Below are positions 1 through 10,205 of a DNA stretch of 64,000 nt, piece by piece. The number at the start of each line of letters is the position of its first letter. Position 1 is the stretch's first letter. A program made the position numbers and the translations under genes. The stretch comes from Patescibacteria group bacterium (lineage in GTDB: Bacteria; Patescibacteriota; Dojkabacteria; GCA-002793355), in contig BOKM01000001.1 in NCBI GenBank assembly GCA_016860985.1, positions 2,310-66,309 of the forward strand, written 5' to 3'. The notes beneath the pieces are model-generated. The model saw nothing but the letters and a program-made list of their open reading frames with translations, was not told where the DNA came from and searched no databases.

Positions 1-1
1 A

Positions 2-1417
2 TTTTCGTCTACTTCGAATTCAACTGCGCAAACTCAAGGCCCCATTAAAGCAAGGGCAATTGAGTACGATAGAGATGCATTGATTGGGAAATCTTTTACG
101 GTTTCTTTCGGTGGGTTACAAGAACTGCAGAGCTATAAACAAGAAACTACTTCTTCTGGATTTAAGTACACAAAAAAGAGCGAGAAGGAACTAACAACTG
201 AAGAAAAAAACAGGAAAACTGCAATATCAAAATATTGGGATTATGCAAAAATTTCTAAACCACTAACATTTACATTTATTGTTGCTGGAATTTCGGAAGG
301 CACAGATAAAACAACCGCGTTTGTTCCGCAAGAATTCGCAACAATACTTATGAAAGAATACCTGAGTGTTCCAATAAATGCTCGAACAAAAACATCGATG
401 CCTTCAACCGACTACAATGTCACCTACATTGGATTAGTTTACGACGGTGTAACATTACAAGAAGATGCAACAACATCTATTTTTGCTGGAATACGTAATT
501 CTGTAACAGACCAGGTAAAATCTCAATTTAACACGATAAATAAGCAGATTGCTTCACAAAACAGTCGTATTGCCTCAACTAATCAACAAATAGACCAAGC
601 AAACAGAGAGGCAACACGACCACCAGGAATGCCCCCAGGAACAAGGCGGGTTGATATTAGCAAAATTGGGAGCATAGGTTCACTTGATTCCAACGATATA
701 AAGATAAAGTTTCCTGATGCCTCAACTTCTTACTCAATTCCTGGGCTTGTATTTAAAAAAGATAGAACCACTAACGCTCTGTCTGGCGAATACAAGAGTT
801 TCGATTATACAAAACCTCTGCCATTAGTCAGTAATTCAATATTATTGAAATTGAAAAATACAAGCTCAAGAGAAACAGTAGTAGCCAAACTAAACGAAAC
901 TGGCTTCAACTACACCGATTACAGCAAATACAAGCAGTACGAGGTATTAGAAGGTTATATTTCTACAATATTACTTGCTGCATCTGGTTCAGTCGTTGCC
1001 ATTACTGGCTTGTTCGTACTCATAAATATGGCAAAGTTCGTTTCTGAGAGTAAAAAGGAAATCGGAATATTTAGAGCAATTGGAGGAACTAAAGCTGACA
1101 TCAGAAAGCTTATCATGAACCAATCCCTTAACTATATTTCTGCGGCTTTAGTTCTTGGCGGTATCACAGGCGTGCTAATAAATTATACTGCTTCAAATAG
1201 TATGATGACTTCGGCGCAGAAGTTTATTACAAATACACTTGGAAGCAATCTGATACTAAATGGCAACCTAAATGCGGCACAGTTCCAAGCCCTTGATATT
1301 GAAAAAATCGGATTATACGCTGTTGGATTGATTGTGATTTCTCTAATCGTAACACTTATACCAGCGGCTCAGGCAGCGCGAGTTAGCCCTGTCGAAGCTA
1401 TGAGGGGAGCATCCTAA
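2..1417 (+). CDS. ABC transporter permease, FtsX/MacB-like C-terminal domain (5' partial, reading frame is open to the window edge)
   Basis: The frame of ORF 80..1417 has no stop back to nt 2. The C-terminal third has four TM helices ([20 protein letters not shown]..., [32 protein letters not shown]) typical of the FtsX permease domain. Confidence 0.6.
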   Translation, partial: FSSTSNSTAQTQGPIKARAIEYDRDALIGKSFTVSFGGLQELQSYKQETTSSGFKYTKKSEKELTTEEKNRKTAISKYWDYAKISKPLTFTFIVAGISEGTDKTTAFVPQEFATILMKEYLSVPINARTKTSMPSTDYNVTYIGLVYDGVTLQEDATTSIFAGIRNSVTDQVKSQFNTINKQIASQNSRIASTNQQIDQANREATRPPGMPPGTRRVDISKIGSIGSLDSNDIKIKFPDASTSYSIPGLVFKKDRTTNALSGEYKSFDYTKPLPLVSNSILLKLKNTSSRETVVAKLNETGFNYTDYSKYKQYEVLEGYISTILLAASGSVVAITGLFVLINMAKFVSESKKEIGIFRAIGGTKADIRKLIMNQSLNYISAALVLGGITGVLINYTASNSMMTSAQKFITNTLGSNLILNGNLNAAQFQALDIEKIGLYAVGLIVISLIVTLIPAAQAARVSPVEAMRGAS

Positions 1418-2181
1418 TAATCGCTTTTGGGAGGCAAAGGAATAAACGCACTTGTTCTCATTGCGTAAGCCTTAAAATCTTCTCTGTCTTTATACTTTGC
1501 TTCAAGCATTGGAACACCAGAAACATATCGCAAAAGCCAGTTAATAAGCAGCGGGCTAACAATCAATAGAATGTTTCCCGTCACTGCAGCAACTGATATA
1601 AAGATCCCCCACCACATCGTTGCTTCACCGAAATAATTTGGATGTCGGGTATACCTCCACAATCCTTGGGTCATAAGCTTCCCTTTATTTTCCGGAATAC
1701 TGATAAAGTGGCGTAATTGAGCATCCCCTACAACTTCGAAATAATATCCAACGAGCCAAACTAGAATTCCTAATACAAATAACGGCGAAGTCATGTAAAA
1801 GTCAGACAAGTTAACGGACATTACTGGTAAGGCGATTATGTATATGAATAACCCTTGTAAAAGAAATATCTGCAGGTAACTTCGCACATAGAAGTATTTC
1901 CATGTGTTTCGCCACTCTTGATAACGGTAATCTTCTGGCTTTTTAAGGTTCCTTTTTGCAATATGATACGCAAGTCTTGTTCCCCACAAGGTAACAAGTA
2001 CATTGACTACCAGTGCAATTTCGCTTTGGCCACCAATATAAAACGATACCCAGGCAACTAGCACAAAGCCTAGTCCCCATGCAATATCGGCGAGATCGTT
2101 TCTTTTGAATAACAACGCAATCAAATACCACGTTGTCATATAACCGAGTAAAATGACGGCAAGCAACAGAAAGGGGCTCAT
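1414..2181 (-). CDS. DUF1295 / steroid-5-alpha-reductase-like polytopic membrane protein (putative methyltransferase/reductase fold)
   Basis: Multi-TM protein with the C-terminal RHPNYFGE...WWG motif characteristic of the DUF1295/ICMT-like family. It overlaps the upstream gene by 4 nt. Confidence 0.6.
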   Translation of the reverse strand: MSPFLLLAVILLGYMTTWYLIALLFKRNDLADIAWGLGFVLVAWVSFYIGGQSEIALVVNVLVTLWGTRLAYHIAKRNLKKPEDYRYQEWRNTWKYFYVRSYLQIFLLQGLFIYIIALPVMSVNLSDFYMTSPLFVLGILVWLVGYYFEVVGDAQLRHFISIPENKGKLMTQGLWRYTRHPNYFGEATMWWGIFISVAAVTGNILLIVSPLLINWLLRYVSGVPMLEAKYKDREDFKAYAMRTSAFIPLPPKSDY

Positions 2182-2597
2182 AGACCTAACTTTTTAGCAA
2201 TAAGATAAGAGACTACCGACACAATTGTAGAGAGTGACGTTCCCCAGATAAGATCAACAACTGTAACCAATAGTGGCCACTCTTTAATTGTTGCAAGATT
2301 CGTTAAGTCGTAAGTCGCATACGTCATTAGGCCAAATAGTGCACCTGCAAAAACTGCATACGTTAAGCTATTCTTTTCTAGCGCAGGTGTTAGCACAAAA
2401 AACACTACGCCCCCGATAAATAGAAAGTAAAACAACAAAGCAGCGACCCAATTTACATTGGTCTTCATTAAGTAGCCAATTTGCTGGCTATAAAAATTCT
2501 TTGCCACAAGTCCTAACCAAACCATGTCGATTGCAAAAAAGACAGGTAAGGCGATGAAATATAGTTTGATAAACATAACAAATGATAACATAGACAC
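2178..2597 (-). CDS. small integral membrane protein (4 TM), co-transcribed with the DUF1295 gene
   Basis: 139-aa hydrophobic ORF with a 4-nt overlap (ATGA) with the downstream DUF1295 gene. Confidence 0.4.
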   Translation of the reverse strand: MSMLSFVMFIKLYFIALPVFFAIDMVWLGLVAKNFYSQQIGYLMKTNVNWVAALLFYFLFIGGVVFFVLTPALEKNSLTYAVFAGALFGLMTYATYDLTNLATIKEWPLLVTVVDLIWGTSLSTIVSVVSYLIAKKLGL

Positions 2598-2628
2598 ATC
2601 TGTTTACACAGGTGTACAGTAGTGGCAT

Positions 2629-3378
2629 ATGGTAAAAAATACTGAGCAAAATGGTGTTACTGCGGGAGTCTTAATTATGAGTGCAGGGATAATTGGTATG
2701 GTTACTCCCTCAATGCTCTCATGGGACATGATGAAGGTTGGGTATGGCACAATTGTTTTATCATTTTTCTTTTTTACACTTGGGCTTATAACCTACCTCA
2801 TTTACAATAGTAGAAGAAAGAAATTTGACCTTATCATGAACGGTAAAGATCTTCTTGCACACTGGGTTTATGATAATGGAGACTACGTCAAAAAAATTGA
2901 AAGAACTTACAAGGAAGCTGTTCAACAAAACAAATCTATTTACACCATCATCATTACATTCTTTGCAATTCTCGTTCCATTATTTGCAATATTTGGTTTT
3001 AGTTCAACAGCAGACGACGAACGAAATCTATTTCTACTGCTTATGGGCTTTATCATTACAATTATTAGCCTCGCAGCATTTATTTCGGCACCACTGCAAC
3101 GTCGTGCTGCTTTAAAAAGCCTCCCTGAAGCAATAATCTCAACACATGGACTAATATATCTTGGCAAATTGCATACTTGGGGCTCGCCTTTGTTCTTTCT
3201 AGCAGGAGTAGATTTAGGAAAACGAAACAAGGAAGTAATCTTTGCGATTAAGTATTTTACTCGTGTAGGATGGTATAAATACGAGACGTACCAAGTAGCT
3301 GTAGAAATCCCACAAGGAAGGGTTGACGAAGCAAAAAGTATTGTTAAAGAGTTACAGCCGTATGTTGGTTTACAATAG
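2629..3378 (+). CDS. hypothetical membrane protein
   Basis: 249-aa ORF with several predicted TM segments and no recognisable catalytic motif. Confidence 0.4.
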   Translation: MVKNTEQNGVTAGVLIMSAGIIGMVTPSMLSWDMMKVGYGTIVLSFFFFTLGLITYLIYNSRRKKFDLIMNGKDLLAHWVYDNGDYVKKIERTYKEAVQQNKSIYTIIITFFAILVPLFAIFGFSSTADDERNLFLLLMGFIITIISLAAFISAPLQRRAALKSLPEAIISTHGLIYLGKLHTWGSPLFFLAGVDLGKRNKEVIFAIKYFTRVGWYKYETYQVAVEIPQGRVDEAKSIVKELQPYVGLQ

Positions 3379-4161
3379 CTTCTTAATCATTGGAATCTTT
3401 TCTGACATTGCATTGTAACCAGCTGTTATTACTGCTGCTCTTTGCTGAAAGTTACTAATCCAATCCCTTGATTGGAAGGCAGGCTCAATGACCACGTCAG
3501 CTGCTTTGCAATTTGCCCGCGCAAGTCCCTTTAGTATCAAATTCATGTAGTTTTGCATTACTGCAACGTTACTCTTTTTATTGTAAGGAACATCACTCTC
3601 TGAAAGATTGACCGCAATCACAATATCAGCTCCCATATCCTTAACTATATCAACGGGGACTTGTTGCATCACGCCACCGTCAACCAACTCGCCTAACTCC
3701 TTATGCTTAAAAGGAGAAAATAGAATAGGAATTGAGGAGCTAGCCCTCATGGCATCGGCTAAAGAACCATTGGAAATAAGCACTGCGTCGCCTGATTCCT
3801 TTTCAGCAGCGACAGCGGTAAAAGGTACGTTGCAATCATCTATGTTTAATTCTCCGACTAAGTTTTTTAGAAGCGAAAGAAAACGATCGCCCTTAATAAT
3901 CCCGTCACGCAGGTTAATATCGGAGAAAGACTTTATCATCTCCATATAAGGGAGCGTTTCAATAAAGGATTCCAGTTTACTTAAATCAGATTCAACGGCA
4001 AAGGCTCCACCAACAATCGCACCTGCACTACAACCAGCAATGTAATCAATAGGAATATTATGTGCTTGTAGTGCCTTTATAGCCCCAATATGTGCAAAAC
4101 CTCTTGTACCACCACTACCAAGGGCGAGGCCAACCTTTTTTCTAAAACCAAAGAATCCCAT
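3370..4161 (-). CDS. patatin-like phospholipase
   Basis: GLALGSGGTRGFAHIG oxyanion/Gly-rich loop, GCSAG nucleophile elbow (GxSxG) and a downstream DGG/DGGV Asp motif. The start was trimmed to the Met preceding KKVGLALGSGG (CAT at 4159-4161). Confidence 0.8.
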   Translation of the reverse strand: MGFFGFRKKVGLALGSGGTRGFAHIGAIKALQAHNIPIDYIAGCSAGAIVGGAFAVESDLSKLESFIETLPYMEMIKSFSDINLRDGIIKGDRFLSLLKNLVGELNIDDCNVPFTAVAAEKESGDAVLISNGSLADAMRASSSIPILFSPFKHKELGELVDGGVMQQVPVDIVKDMGADIVIAVNLSESDVPYNKKSNVAVMQNYMNLILKGLARANCKAADVVIEPAFQSRDWISNFQQRAAVITAGYNAMSEKIPMIKKLL

Positions 4162-4483
4162 ATCATCAGTATACACAATAAAGTGAGACAAATAAAAGAC
4201 TTTACCACCATTAAAACCAAGAAGAATGCTAGTCAATACACTTCACACGAGACCTATAGTATGTTATAATTATGTGTTATTGAGTTCACTCATAACATGG
4301 TTCTGAATGTTGGGACCATTACTAGCCCCAATATTTTAGAGCCGGTTCTTTGACAACCGGAAGTCAAATAATTTCCTTGTGAGCATATCAGGTTAAGCTA
4401 TTCAAGTTAGTTTTCTCTTATATGCTCATGAGGTTTCAACCTTTGAAGTTCACTTCACTGATGTTGAGTAAAATCCCATCCTA

Positions 4484-5143
4484 ATGCGCAGAAGAAAGGA
4501 ACGGTTCCCAATGATTAGGCGAATCTCCTTAGTAGTGTTCTTCGTTTCGATGTTCGTGCTTGCATCATGCGGCACCCCGCCCGAGGCTTACACCCCCAAC
4601 ATGCTCGCGGTCGCTTTCAGCGATGGTAACGCGACTGTCTATAAGGGGTCAAACTTCGTGTGGGTTGAGAATGTGGGACTCTCGCAGGTATATGGCAACG
4701 TGCCGGTAGAGGTCATTACGTTCAAAGCAAACGATGTCATCTGCCTCGCAGTCCTCAACCCAGACTCTGGAACAACGACTGGCGCACCCGATTGCCGCAC
4801 CGCTGAACTGCAATCCGCGGAAGTTGGGACTCCCATTGTCGAAACTCCTATGGAGATTTTCGATGCTATGTCGCTGGACATGGTATGGAGTACTGATTTT
4901 ACGGAAAGCGCAAGCGACGCGGGCTTTTTGGCAATTTTCTTTGATGAAGATGGTAACCCCATCGAGAATGAGTCCGTAAGGGCGAAATTCCTCATGCTCA
5001 ACCGCAACAACGGCATGATTATCACTGAAAAAGGCATCCTCTCTGATACCCCTGGGTACAGCACCTCCGTGTGCGTTTACCTAAACGACCTTGTGAACGA
5101 ATATGGGCTCAGAGAGTGCATGAAATTGCCAAACTCCAAGTAG
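4484..5143 (+). CDS. hypothetical lipoprotein (signal peptide plus lipobox Cys) in a GC-rich islet
   Basis: N-terminal basic/hydrophobic leader followed by LASCG (lipobox-like). The local GC is about 52%, versus about 35% in the flanks. Confidence 0.5.
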   Translation: MRRRKERFPMIRRISLVVFFVSMFVLASCGTPPEAYTPNMLAVAFSDGNATVYKGSNFVWVENVGLSQVYGNVPVEVITFKANDVICLAVLNPDSGTTTGAPDCRTAELQSAEVGTPIVETPMEIFDAMSLDMVWSTDFTESASDAGFLAIFFDEDGNPIENESVRAKFLMLNRNNGMIITEKGILSDTPGYSTSVCVYLNDLVNEYGLRECMKLPNSK

Positions 5144-5162
5144 GGATAAGATGACTATGGCA

Positions 5163-5194
5163 GGAGCCTGAGTGAGCGTTTGCTCGGGCTCCTG
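5163..5194 (+). terminator. GC-rich hairpin downstream of the lipoprotein gene (possible terminator, weak U-tract)
   Basis: GGAGCCTGAG-tgagcgtttg-CTCGGGCTCC is a 10-bp stem (one G-U pair) with a 10-nt loop, 20 nt after the stop codon. Confidence 0.35.
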
Positions 5195-5271
5195 TTCGGT
5201 TGAATTGAATATGTCTACTCTGTAGATTAATCACTTCTTCCATCCTGACTTCCGGTTGTCTTTCCCCTTTT

Positions 5272-5703
5272 TTATGATTCAGGTGAGAGAATTGCTTTTG
5301 CCGTTTGATACGCCTTATCAATGACGGATTCCAAAACAGCAGTATTTACGTCACTCAACTTGTTGATATATAAACAAGAGCCACCAGACTTCTTGCATTT
5401 TCCGAGCTGTGGGAGAAATTCATTAACTATCTCGACACTTGGCATAAAATAAAGTGTGAGGTTCTGTTTTCTTGGAGAAAATGCTACTAACGGCCAATCA
5501 CCTTCTTGCCTGCTTCGCTCAGATTTATAGTGATACTTTCCAAAGCCAACAATACTTGTACCCCACATTTTTGCCTTTTGTTTTGTCACTTTTTCAAACA
5601 ATTTGAGTAGTTGTTTCGCATCATCTCTTTTTGATTCATCCATAACAGAATCAAGAAAGGCAGAAACAGAGGCATCGTTCGGTAAAGTTTTTAATGTTGA
5701 CAT
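5272..5703 (-). CDS. DUF1801 (YdhG-like) domain protein
   Basis: Sequence starting MSTLKTLPNDASVSAFLDSV...KQLLKLFEKVT... fits DUF1801. The longer ORF to 5820 would overlap the divergent gene start, so the start is taken at the internal Met (CAT 5701-5703). Confidence 0.55.
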   Translation of the reverse strand: MSTLKTLPNDASVSAFLDSVMDESKRDDAKQLLKLFEKVTKQKAKMWGTSIVGFGKYHYKSERSRQEGDWPLVAFSPRKQNLTLYFMPSVEIVNEFLPQLGKCKKSGGSCLYINKLSDVNTAVLESVIDKAYQTAKAILSPES

Positions 5704-5748
5704 AAGTAGTGTAACACGTTTAACCCCTTGTTGTGATATTATTTTGTA

Positions 5749-6741
5749 ATGGAACAGAACAAAAAATTCGCACTTGGTGTTGAACGACTCATAAACCCAA
5801 TTACCGTTGGTACAATGCACTTTTTACAGGGACTAAACAGTTTGCTTCCCCGTAAAATTCAGAACAAGATGATGAATAGTACTTCCGAAAAAGTACCGTA
5901 CATGGGGTTTGTTGTTGAGCCATATAGTACCTTTCTTTGTTACGAAATTGCAGATGTTGAGGCGGCAAAAGCGCTATTGCCTGATCACTTTGAACTAGTA
6001 AAAACCAGTGTGTTTGATAATGATGAACCAAAGTATTACTGTATTTTCGGCTGTATCAATGTGCACACGAGTGCGTTTTGGGGATCAAGAGTCGAGTTTT
6101 ACATAATTGCCGAAGATACTCGAACAAGATTACTCAGCTGGATTATTGTTGACTACGATACCAATACCATTAGTTATGACAAAAAAAGTGGCTTGCGCGC
6201 ACCAAACAGCCCAACAGCCGTTATTACAACGAACCATAGGGGGCGCCTTTTTGCAGACATTTTAAACACAAAGGACTCACGCCACCTCTCCTTTGATTAC
6301 ACGCTTACAGACGGAATAATGACTCCACTCGCACAGCGATTGTGGCTCGAAGGGAACTTATCAATTGGCTACGGAAAGATACTTTCAGAAAATGAAGCGG
6401 ACATTTTTTCGTTAAAGTTTGAACCCTGCGAGGTCGAAAAAGCACTGTATATTGATCCAGCACAGGTGACAGTTAATGCAAACACGTGGTTCCCAGGATT
6501 ATTTCATGAAAAGCCTGCCGTAGTAGCTTGCTTCCCTTATGCACAACACTTCGTTTCTGATACACCGGGGCACGCAAGTCTACTAAAAGATGAAAAAGAG
6601 TTGGAAGAAGCAGTAAAAAGTATTGATTTTACCAAAATATCGAGCTTCTCTGTTGAATTTCTGCTCCCAATGTTTATCGGAGGAATGATATTGTCATTGC
6701 TGACAACGATTGTGCTTGTCGCATTGCTGATAATTACGTAA
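5749..6741 (+). CDS. hypothetical protein with a C-terminal TM anchor
   Basis: 330-aa ORF. The last 30 residues are hydrophobic (GGMILSLLTTIVLVALLIIT). No recognised motif. Confidence 0.4.
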   Translation: MEQNKKFALGVERLINPITVGTMHFLQGLNSLLPRKIQNKMMNSTSEKVPYMGFVVEPYSTFLCYEIADVEAAKALLPDHFELVKTSVFDNDEPKYYCIFGCINVHTSAFWGSRVEFYIIAEDTRTRLLSWIIVDYDTNTISYDKKSGLRAPNSPTAVITTNHRGRLFADILNTKDSRHLSFDYTLTDGIMTPLAQRLWLEGNLSIGYGKILSENEADIFSLKFEPCEVEKALYIDPAQVTVNANTWFPGLFHEKPAVVACFPYAQHFVSDTPGHASLLKDEKELEEAVKSIDFTKISSFSVEFLLPMFIGGMILSLLTTIVLVALLIIT

Positions 6742-6809
6742 GGTCTTTATACGAAAGCTGTAATGCTCCCATGCTCAGATTCTTTAAAATATCTCGTCAT
6801 ATACTTGGA

Positions 6810-7097
6810 TTATCGAGTATTCTGCGTCTGAACGTACAACCACAAAAAGAAATACGATAAAAGAATTCCAAGAAGTCCCAGCGCAAGTCGACCATACCAT
6901 TTATCTGGCAAAGAATATCGTTTTGCAACGACCTGCAAGATGCTTGTAATAACCACAGAGGCACCACTGATTATCAGCATGAGCATTCCAACAATATCAC
7001 CAAAATACCCCCCTGTTTTCGGTACGAGGTAAAGCATATACAGTCCGTATATTGCAGTAATAAGTGGAAAGAAATAGAGTTGCAGATATTTCATCAC
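6810..7097 (-). CDS. small membrane protein (3 TM)
   Basis: 95-aa hydrophobic ORF. Confidence 0.35.
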   Translation of the reverse strand: MMKYLQLYFFPLITAIYGLYMLYLVPKTGGYFGDIVGMLMLIISGASVVITSILQVVAKRYSLPDKWYGRLALGLLGILLSYFFLWLYVQTQNTR

Positions 7098-7163
7098 TCA
7101 TTGTGCCAAGCTTGTCACCAAAAGGCAAGGTGCGATTCATTGTAAATTAGAGTAAACTCAAGT

Positions 7164-7616
7164 ATGGACACAACACTTATAGAACAATTCTTACTTTCGG
7201 CTCGTACAAAAACCTATGCTGGGGCAACAAGAAAATCTGAGGCACTACTTCCTGGCGCTGTGCAATATGAACACGTTGAAGAAAAACTCTCCTACCGCGA
7301 TACGTACTATTTGGGTAATGGCATTTTTGCAGGCCTCGAAACTGTTTTCCTAGAGGGCAAACCAGTATGGACAATGTCGTACTTTGGAGATTTTTCAAAG
7401 ATGACAGAGGAGCAAGCAGACGGTATGCTTCGCACTGCACTTCAAGATTTATGGCAGACCACGCGAATGTACACAGTTGTCAAGAAATCGTACCCAACAT
7501 TCGAATATTCCTGCGAAGGAGATGGTACATTTGAAAAGGTCTCGGGTACTGAACTTATCAAAGTAGCTGGAAACGTAATTTACAATTTTTACTACGCAGG
7601 TGGCTTTATTGGTTAG
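7164..7616 (+). CDS. hypothetical soluble protein (possibly DUF5680-like)
   Basis: 150-aa ORF with good coding appearance. The family assignment is from memory only. Confidence 0.35.
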   Translation: MDTTLIEQFLLSARTKTYAGATRKSEALLPGAVQYEHVEEKLSYRDTYYLGNGIFAGLETVFLEGKPVWTMSYFGDFSKMTEEQADGMLRTALQDLWQTTRMYTVVKKSYPTFEYSCEGDGTFEKVSGTELIKVAGNVIYNFYYAGGFIG

Positions 7617-7622
7617 GAATTA

Positions 7623-8315
7623 CTACTTATTCTCAACTTTGATTTCTGGTAACCACACGCCTTTAGGTCGTTCAATCAAAAACGAGACTACTTTTGCGAG
7701 TTCTTCGGTAGGAATAAATGTTGCTAGTTTCTCCTCTGCAAAGTTTTCACCAGCTTTATTGAACATTTGTGTGTTAGTTCCGCCTTGGTAAATACCTGCT
7801 ACACGAATTCCGCTATCAAGCAGATCTTCGCGTAATACTTCGGTAAAACCTCGAACGCCGTACTTTGTTGCCGAATACACAGATTGCCCCGCCTGAGCAG
7901 CATATCCGGAGCGTGAAGAAATGTTAACAACAAAACCGTTCTGTGATTTTCGAAGAAGCGGAAGTACCTTTTGCGTCAAGGAAATGAGCCCAGTAAGGTT
8001 TGTTGCAATTACGTTTAATAATTCTGATTCAGGAATTTCATCTAATGGCGACTTCTTTTGCCATATACCAGCGTTATTGATAACACCATCTAGCTCCTTC
8101 AGCTGCTGACAAAAATCCGAGATTTGTTGAGAATCGCGCAAGTCAACACTAAATACAGACGCTGATAAAGCACCTTCTTTTGCACACATATCTTTAACGA
8201 GATTTAATTTTTCGGTATTTCGCGCCAGCAAGAGAAGCTCATGCCCTTTCTTTGCTAATTCGAGTGCGATTGCTTTTCCAATCCCTTCGCTTGCACCGGT
8301 TATTAGTACTTTCAT
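7623..8315 (-). CDS. short-chain dehydrogenase/reductase (SDR) family oxidoreductase
   Basis: N-terminal TGASEGIGKA (TGxxxGxG), NNAG motif, and the catalytic YSATKYGVRGF (YxxxK). Confidence 0.85.
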   Translation of the reverse strand: MKVLITGASEGIGKAIALELAKKGHELLLLARNTEKLNLVKDMCAKEGALSASVFSVDLRDSQQISDFCQQLKELDGVINNAGIWQKKSPLDEIPESELLNVIATNLTGLISLTQKVLPLLRKSQNGFVVNISSRSGYAAQAGQSVYSATKYGVRGFTEVLREDLLDSGIRVAGIYQGGTNTQMFNKAGENFAEEKLATFIPTEELAKVVSFLIERPKGVWLPEIKVENK

Positions 8316-8397
8316 TTTTCAAACTCATTTGACTTATTCTCAATTATACGTCACTTATAAAATTTGTTCTTAAAATAGGAACGGCATATAATCGTAA

Positions 8398-9126
8398 ATG
8401 CCATATCGCGGTCTTTACGATTCTGAAAAGCAGGATTCCTACAAAATTTCTCGTTCAGGTATTGAATACTTTGTCCAGTGCCCACACTGTTTTTATCTTG
8501 AGAAATGCCTTGGTCTTAAACGACCGTCCGGGCCGCCTTTTTCTTTAAACTCTGCGGTAGATCACTTATTAAAAAAGGAATTCGATGCGCATCGAGTAAG
8601 ACAAGAAGCTCACCCTTTAATGAAAGAGTACGGCATTAATGCGATTCCGTTTTCTCACGAGTCTTTGGATACCTGGCGGAGCAATTTTAAAGGAGTGCAA
8701 TTTCTCCATCAACGAACTAACTTATACGTTTATGGTGCAGTCGACGACGTGTGGTTAAGTAATTCCGGAAAATTAATTGTCATTGATTATAAATCTACTG
8801 CAAAGGATACCGAGGTTTCGCTCGATGCAGAGTGGCAGATGGGCTATAAACGGCAAATGGAAGTATATCAATGGCTTTTGAGGCAGAATGATTTCGAAGT
8901 TCAAGATACCGGTTATTTTGTGTACTGTAATGGAAAGAAGGATGCGCAAGCGTTTGATGGTAAACTAGAGTTTTCAATCAAATTAATTCCTTATATCGGA
9001 GACTCGTCGTGGGTCGAAGAAATACTTTATCAGATTAAGGATTGCCTCAACTCAAACGCTGTTCCGAAATACACTGATAATTGTGAATGGTGTGCATATC
9101 AACATTTATATAGCACTCTATCATGA
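8398..9126 (+). CDS. PD-(D/E)XK nuclease, Cas4/RecB-like with Fe-S cysteines
   Basis: N-terminal CPHCFYLEKC, core D...IDYKS (D-x(n)-(D/E)-x-K) and a C-terminal CEWCAY cysteine cluster, the Cas4/DUF83-like arrangement. No CRISPR array is nearby. Confidence 0.5.
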   Translation: MPYRGLYDSEKQDSYKISRSGIEYFVQCPHCFYLEKCLGLKRPSGPPFSLNSAVDHLLKKEFDAHRVRQEAHPLMKEYGINAIPFSHESLDTWRSNFKGVQFLHQRTNLYVYGAVDDVWLSNSGKLIVIDYKSTAKDTEVSLDAEWQMGYKRQMEVYQWLLRQNDFEVQDTGYFVYCNGKKDAQAFDGKLEFSIKLIPYIGDSSWVEEILYQIKDCLNSNAVPKYTDNCEWCAYQHLYSTLS

Positions 9127-10199
9127 AGCCTAATCGTATTGAGGCAATCGATTTGTTAAGAGGGCATTTTTTGGTTGCAATGATTGTAGACCATCTAGCA
9201 TTTATCTTCTCGCCATCGGTGTGGGAATTTTATAACGGAAATGGAAAGCTATGGGTTTCTGCAGCTGAGGGGTTCATCTTCCTTGCTGGATTAATGGTTG
9301 GTTATTTATTTGTAGCTGTACCGAAGTATGACTTTGGGCAGGCAACAAGAAAATTACTTTTCCGATCTGTATCGCTATATGCGGTTACGGTAACGGTGAC
9401 CATAATTACTAGTCTGTTCTTATGGGGAGAAAAACTTCCACTTACCGGAATATTTTCATTGCAACAAACAATGCCCGAAATATTTGAACTAATAGGCGCA
9501 TCTTTACTTCTTCAGCACAGATACGGATGGGTAAATATACTCACGCTTTACGCTTGCTTATTTTTTATTTCTCCAGTTATCGTTTTTCTCTTGCATCGTA
9601 AGCACGTGCTACCCGTTGTAATAATTTCAATCATAATATGGCTCTTATCACAGTTTGGGTTAATACGTGCTTATATGCATGGAATATATGATTTATTTTC
9701 ATGGCAATTGCTATTTGTCTTGGGGGCAGTTCTCGGTACACATCTCGTTAAGGTGAGAGCAACTTTCTTAGGAATTACTTCCAAAAAATTTGCGCGACTT
9801 TCTACGGTAATTCTTACCCTTGTAATCGCCCTACTTAGCGTAAAAATTGGGAACGATATGAATTACTTTGGGATTCAGCCCTTCACGAAAAATGTTCTGG
9901 GTGTAGGCAGGTTATTTCTTTTCCCAATTTGGTTAACTGGTACTTATACTATACTTACAATTGCAACAAAAGTTTTACCTAAACAGGTTAAAACTTTCTA
10001 TCTTTGGTTTGGGCAACATTCACTGCAAATTTACATATTGCACGGTGTAATACTAACAGTTTTGGCAAGTAGTGAGTTACATACTTCTAATTATTGGATA
10101 AATACGTTTGCAATTACTGGTGTGCTGCTAGCAACACTGGGCTTGTCTAATTTGTTATCTAGGTTTAAATATCGTAAAGAATGCGACAGTAGAATATAA
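9123..10199 (+). CDS. polytopic membrane protein, acyltransferase-3/DUF1624-like
   Basis: N-terminal RIEAIDLLRG motif typical of the OpgC/acyltransferase-3/DUF1624 family, followed by about 10 TM segments. Confidence 0.45.
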   Translation: MKPNRIEAIDLLRGHFLVAMIVDHLAFIFSPSVWEFYNGNGKLWVSAAEGFIFLAGLMVGYLFVAVPKYDFGQATRKLLFRSVSLYAVTVTVTIITSLFLWGEKLPLTGIFSLQQTMPEIFELIGASLLLQHRYGWVNILTLYACLFFISPVIVFLLHRKHVLPVVIISIIIWLLSQFGLIRAYMHGIYDLFSWQLLFVLGAVLGTHLVKVRATFLGITSKKFARLSTVILTLVIALLSVKIGNDMNYFGIQPFTKNVLGVGRLFLFPIWLTGTYTILTIATKVLPKQVKTFYLWFGQHSLQIYILHGVILTVLASSELHTSNYWINTFAITGVLLATLGLSNLLSRFKYRKECDSRI

Positions 10200-10205
10200 T
10201 ACATA

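Noticed and set aside
4162-4236. Upstream extension of the patatin ORF
   Set aside because: The patatin family begins with the Gly-rich loop a few residues after the start. The Met at 4161 gives that arrangement.
4237-4483. Intergenic inverted repeats (GTTATTGAGTTCACTCATAAC; CCGGTTCTTTGACAACCGG) as a regulatory site or ncRNA
   Set aside because: Short imperfect palindromes in a 250-nt AT-rich spacer. Plausible terminator or operator, but there is no second copy or other support, so not reported as a feature.
1943-5064. Antisense or shadow ORFs of 60-140 aa (1943..2131, 2855..3115, 2940..3230, 3608..3949, 4639..5064, 4734..4979) and similar ones later (22969..23154, 23258..23542, 45314..45499, 45603..45887, 41391..41841, 42226..42558, 52907..53182)
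   Set aside because: They lie entirely within well-supported genes on the opposite strand or in alternate frames and have low-complexity composition. They are typical shadow ORFs.
5704-5820. Long form of the DUF1801 ORF starting at 5820
   Set aside because: The extension is hydrophilic junk unrelated to the family and overlaps the start of the divergent gene at 5749. An internal Met gives a canonical about 143-aa DUF1801 protein.
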